Shown here piece after piece: positions 61,256 through 64,000 of a DNA stretch of 64,000 bases (position 1 is its first letter; each line of letters begins with the position of its first letter). The notes under the pieces were generated by a model, which did no database searches, was not told the DNA's origin, and was given only the letters and a program-made list of their open reading frames with translations. Source of the stretch: Candidatus Latescibacterota bacterium (GTDB lineage Bacteria; Latescibacterota; UBA2968; UBA8231); contig OZ242214.1 of the NCBI GenBank assembly GCA_965206595.1, forward strand, positions 352,001-416,000. Reading direction: 5' to 3'. The position numbers were made by a program, and so were the translations under genes.

Positions 61256-62254
61256 CTATGGTGAAGCGGTCATCAGCCGGCGTACCGCCTCGATCTTCAT
61301 GGGGTAGCCTTCCTCGGGGCCGCCGTAGAACTGCGAGAAGTTGGCGCGCGTGATCATTATGGTGGGGGTCTCGTAATGCGCCGGCAGGGTCTTCCCGGCG
61401 GCGAGGCTGATGGCGGCGTCGACGATCGAGGTCCCGACGAAATGCGGGAACATCGCCAGCGCCGCCTTGTACGGCGTGTCCCCGAGCAGGGCGCTGCGTC
61501 CGACCGAGCCCTCGAACCCGAAGCCGATCGCTAGGAGCTCGCTCTCGTCGAGGCCGGCGGCGCGGTAGGCGGCCATGGCGCCGGTGGTCGAATCGTCGTT
61601 GATCCCGAAGAGGACGTTGACCTCCGGATGCGCGGTCAGGGCGTCCTGGGCAACCTTGAACGCCTTCTCCTTGAGGCCCTGTCCGTCGACTTCCTGGACC
61701 ACGGCGCCGGTGAGGCCGGCCTCGTCCACTGCGGAGACGAATCCGTCGACGCGCTGCCGGCAGTCCACGAAGTTCGGGTAGCCGACGACGAGAATTTTCG
61801 GGTCGATCCCGGTGGCGGCGAGGTGCTCGACGAACCAGTCCCCCGCCTTGCGGCCGGCGGCCCGGTTGTCGATGCCGACGTAGGTCTCGGCGCCGACGGC
61901 CGGGTTCGATTCGGTCAGCACGCGGATGCCCTGGGCGCGGGCGCGCTCGATAACGACGCCGAGTGCCTTGGCGTCGACCGGGGTCAGCGCCAGCACGTCG
62001 ACCCCCTGGGCGATCATGTTTTCGGCCTTGGAGATCTGCGCGGCGATATCGAGGTTGGCGTCGGCGATGACGATATCGACCCCGAGCTCGGCGGCGCGCG
62101 CCTCGGCCGCGGCACAGATGTTCTGGTACCACTCGTGCGACATGAAGTTGACGATGTAGCCGACCTTGAGGCGGCCTTCCGCTTCCGGTCCGCCGCGGCC
62201 GCAGCCGGCCAGGAAGGCGGCCGCAGCCAGGATCGGCAGCAGCAGGTTTCGCAT
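61256..62254 (-). CDS. Sugar ABC transporter substrate-binding lipoprotein
   Basis: Lipobox LAGC; VGIDN..AG, R.DGF and GINDD motifs (RbsB-like fold). Confidence 0.9.
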   Translation of the reverse strand: MRNLLLPILAAAAFLAGCGRGGPEAEGRLKVGYIVNFMSHEWYQNICAAAEARAAELGVDIVIADANLDIAAQISKAENMIAQGVDVLALTPVDAKALGVVIERARAQGIRVLTESNPAVGAETYVGIDNRAAGRKAGDWFVEHLAATGIDPKILVVGYPNFVDCRQRVDGFVSAVDEAGLTGAVVQEVDGQGLKEKAFKVAQDALTAHPEVNVLFGINDDSTTGAMAAYRAAGLDESELLAIGFGFEGSVGRSALLGDTPYKAALAMFPHFVGTSIVDAAISLAAGKTLPAHYETPTIMITRANFSQFYGGPEEGYPMKIEAVRRLMTASP

Positions 62255-62321
62255 TCCCTTCTCTTTCTCAGTGCGGGTTTGCCCCGGGTTCGTGCGGCCG
62301 CCGCAGCGCCGGCGACGCGGA

Positions 62322-63131
62322 TTACCGGGGGGAGACGGCGCTGCAGGTGAAGCCGCCGTCGACGACCAGCTGGGTGCCGGTGACGTACTTCGCCTCGTCC
62401 GAGACGAGGAAGAGGGCGGCGTAGGCGACGTCCCAGGCGTCTCCCTGCCGGCCCATCGGCACCTGCGCGTCCCTGATGGCGATCATCTTCTCGACGTCCC
62501 CGCCCGAGTACGCCTCGGCCACCGACTTGCGCGCCATCGGCGTGTCCATCAGGCCGGGGAGGATGCTGTTGCAGCGGATGTTGCGCGCCGCGTACTGCAG
62601 GGCGACCGACTGGCTGAACTGGATCACCGCGGCCTTGGTGGCGCTGTAGGAAATGTAGGGGACGCCGAGCCAGCGGATGCCGGAGATCGAGGCGACGTTG
62701 AGGATGGCGCCGCCTCCCTGGCGCTCCATGTGCGGCAGCACGCTCCTGCAGGTGAGGAAGACGGACTTGAGGTTGACGTCGCAGACCAGGTCCCAGTCCT
62801 CCTCGCTGCTTTCCACCGGGCCGCCGAGCCGCAGGATGCCGACGTTGTTGTGAAGGATGTCGACGCGCCCGTAGAGCTCGAGGCAGCGGGCGACCATGGC
62901 CTCGACCTCGTCCGCCTTCGACACGTCGCACCCGGCGACGCGGCATTCCCCTCCTTCGGCGGCGATGATGCCCGCGGTTTCCGCGGCGGCCTCCGGCTCG
63001 ACGTCGACGGCGAGCACCCTGGCCCCCTCGCGCGCGAACAGCACCGCGACGGCCTTGCCGTTGCCCCATCCGGGCCCGATGGAACCGGCGCCGCAGACGA
63101 TGGCCACCTTGTCTTTCAGTCTGTCCCCCAT
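62322..63131 (-). CDS. Short-chain dehydrogenase/reductase
   Basis: GAGSIGPGWGNG, NNVG, YSATK and VDGG motifs. Confidence 0.92.
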   Translation of the reverse strand: MGDRLKDKVAIVCGAGSIGPGWGNGKAVAVLFAREGARVLAVDVEPEAAAETAGIIAAEGGECRVAGCDVSKADEVEAMVARCLELYGRVDILHNNVGILRLGGPVESSEEDWDLVCDVNLKSVFLTCRSVLPHMERQGGGAILNVASISGIRWLGVPYISYSATKAAVIQFSQSVALQYAARNIRCNSILPGLMDTPMARKSVAEAYSGGDVEKMIAIRDAQVPMGRQGDAWDVAYAALFLVSDEAKYVTGTQLVVDGGFTCSAVSPR

Positions 63132-63220
63132 GGAAGCCCTCCGTTTTTCCCCTTCCGGTGCCGGCTTACTATATGTGCAACCAGAACGCAGTCAATCGAC
63201 GATTCAGCAGGGAGGACGGC

Positions 63221-64000
63221 ATGTTCCCAACCACCGTAATCGGCAGCCTTCCCAGACCGGAATGGGTGCGGCAGCTCATTCTCGAAAGAAAGGCGGGAGC
63301 CCTGTCGGAGGCCGATGCCGACCGCATACTCGACGGCGCCATCGAATCGGCGATCCTGCTGCAGGAGCGGGCAGGCCTCGAGGAGATAACCGACGGCGAA
63401 TGGCGGCGCGAGAGCTACGTCAAGGTGTTCGCCGAGCGCGTGCGCGGCTTCCGGCCGGACCTCACCGTCAGCGGCCTTCCGTACCCCGCCGTGGTCGAGC
63501 CGGTCGAGTACTACCGCCCGATCGCCGCCGAGGAGATCCGCTTTCTCAGGAGCCGCACCGGCCGGCGCGTCAAGGCGACGCTGCCGGGGCCGTACACGAT
63601 CGGCCGCCGCATGTGGCACGAGGAGCACTCGCGCGAAGCCTACCCGCAGCCCCCCGACCTCATGCGCGCCTGCGTCCCGATCCTGCGGCAGGAGATCGAG
63701 CTCCTGAAGGAGGCGGGGGCAGACACCGTGCAGCTCGACGAGCCCTGGCTCTGCGTCCTCGTCGACCCGGAGCGGCGGCAGCAGGACGGCATCGACGACA
63801 TGGAGGCGGAGATCGAGCTCTGCGTCGAGGTCGTCAACGCCACCCTCGAAGGGGTGACGGGCATAACCACCGGCCTGCACCTGTGCCACGCCCACTTCGA
63901 CCACCGGCACGGCAGCGAGGGGGCCCTCGACCCGGTCATGTCCGGGCTCGCCCGCATCGCCGTGGACGTCGTCTCGCTCGAGCTGGCCACCCCGGTCTCG
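63221..64000 (+). CDS. Cobalamin-independent methionine synthase II family protein (partial)
   Basis: Manual translation MFPTTVIGSLPRP...QERAGLEEITDGEWRR...QLDEP...HLCH; RBS GGAGG; runs off the window end. Confidence 0.85.
   Translation, partial: MFPTTVIGSLPRPEWVRQLILERKAGALSEADADRILDGAIESAILLQERAGLEEITDGEWRRESYVKVFAERVRGFRPDLTVSGLPYPAVVEPVEYYRPIAAEEIRFLRSRTGRRVKATLPGPYTIGRRMWHEEHSREAYPQPPDLMRACVPILRQEIELLKEAGADTVQLDEPWLCVLVDPERRQQDGIDDMEAEIELCVEVVNATLEGVTGITTGLHLCHAHFDHRHGSEGALDPVMSGLARIAVDVVSLELATPVS

Noticed and set aside
944-63910. Many long alternative-frame or antisense ORFs (e.g. 4321-6654, 12694-16239, 41709-44507, 42755-46078)
   Set aside because: Arg/Pro/Gly-rich shadow ORFs typical of high-GC DNA, overlapping genes that have clear family motifs.

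Overview
This is a high-GC bacterial chromosomal window with no rRNA, tRNA or CRISPR array that I can detect. The gene content includes FlgD-Ig-tailed secreted proteins, proteins ending in 'SWGRIKA', a DUF6785-like membrane protein, several PhyH dioxygenases, Gfo/Idh/MocA and SDR oxidoreductases, and TPR/WD40/LRR proteins. That mix resembles Ca. Latescibacterota/Poribacteria-type, often sponge-associated bacteria; this taxonomic guess is inference only. Most of the window is catabolic and secreted-protein genes, with lower-GC accessory patches (~20.3-24.7 kb, 28.9-31.1 kb, 50-58.7 kb) holding decayed IS3 and ISL3 elements and many internally deleted pseudogenes. Best leads: (1) an FG-GAP/ASPIC-UnbV-thioredoxin gene (3487-6570, -) interrupted by a single in-frame UGA that is followed by an fdhF-like SECIS hairpin, so a candidate ~1,027-aa selenoprotein; (2) two tandem, separately promoted and terminated structured ncRNA candidates at 37.7-38.0 kb; (3) a 68-aa secreted CxxxC...CxC defensin/WSC-like peptide; (4) a diversifying secreted 'SWGRIKASL' paralog family with orphan C-terminal cassettes; (5) a decayed ATPase-PIN-RNA ligase cassette. 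Several frameshifts lie in homopolymers and may be sequencing errors.
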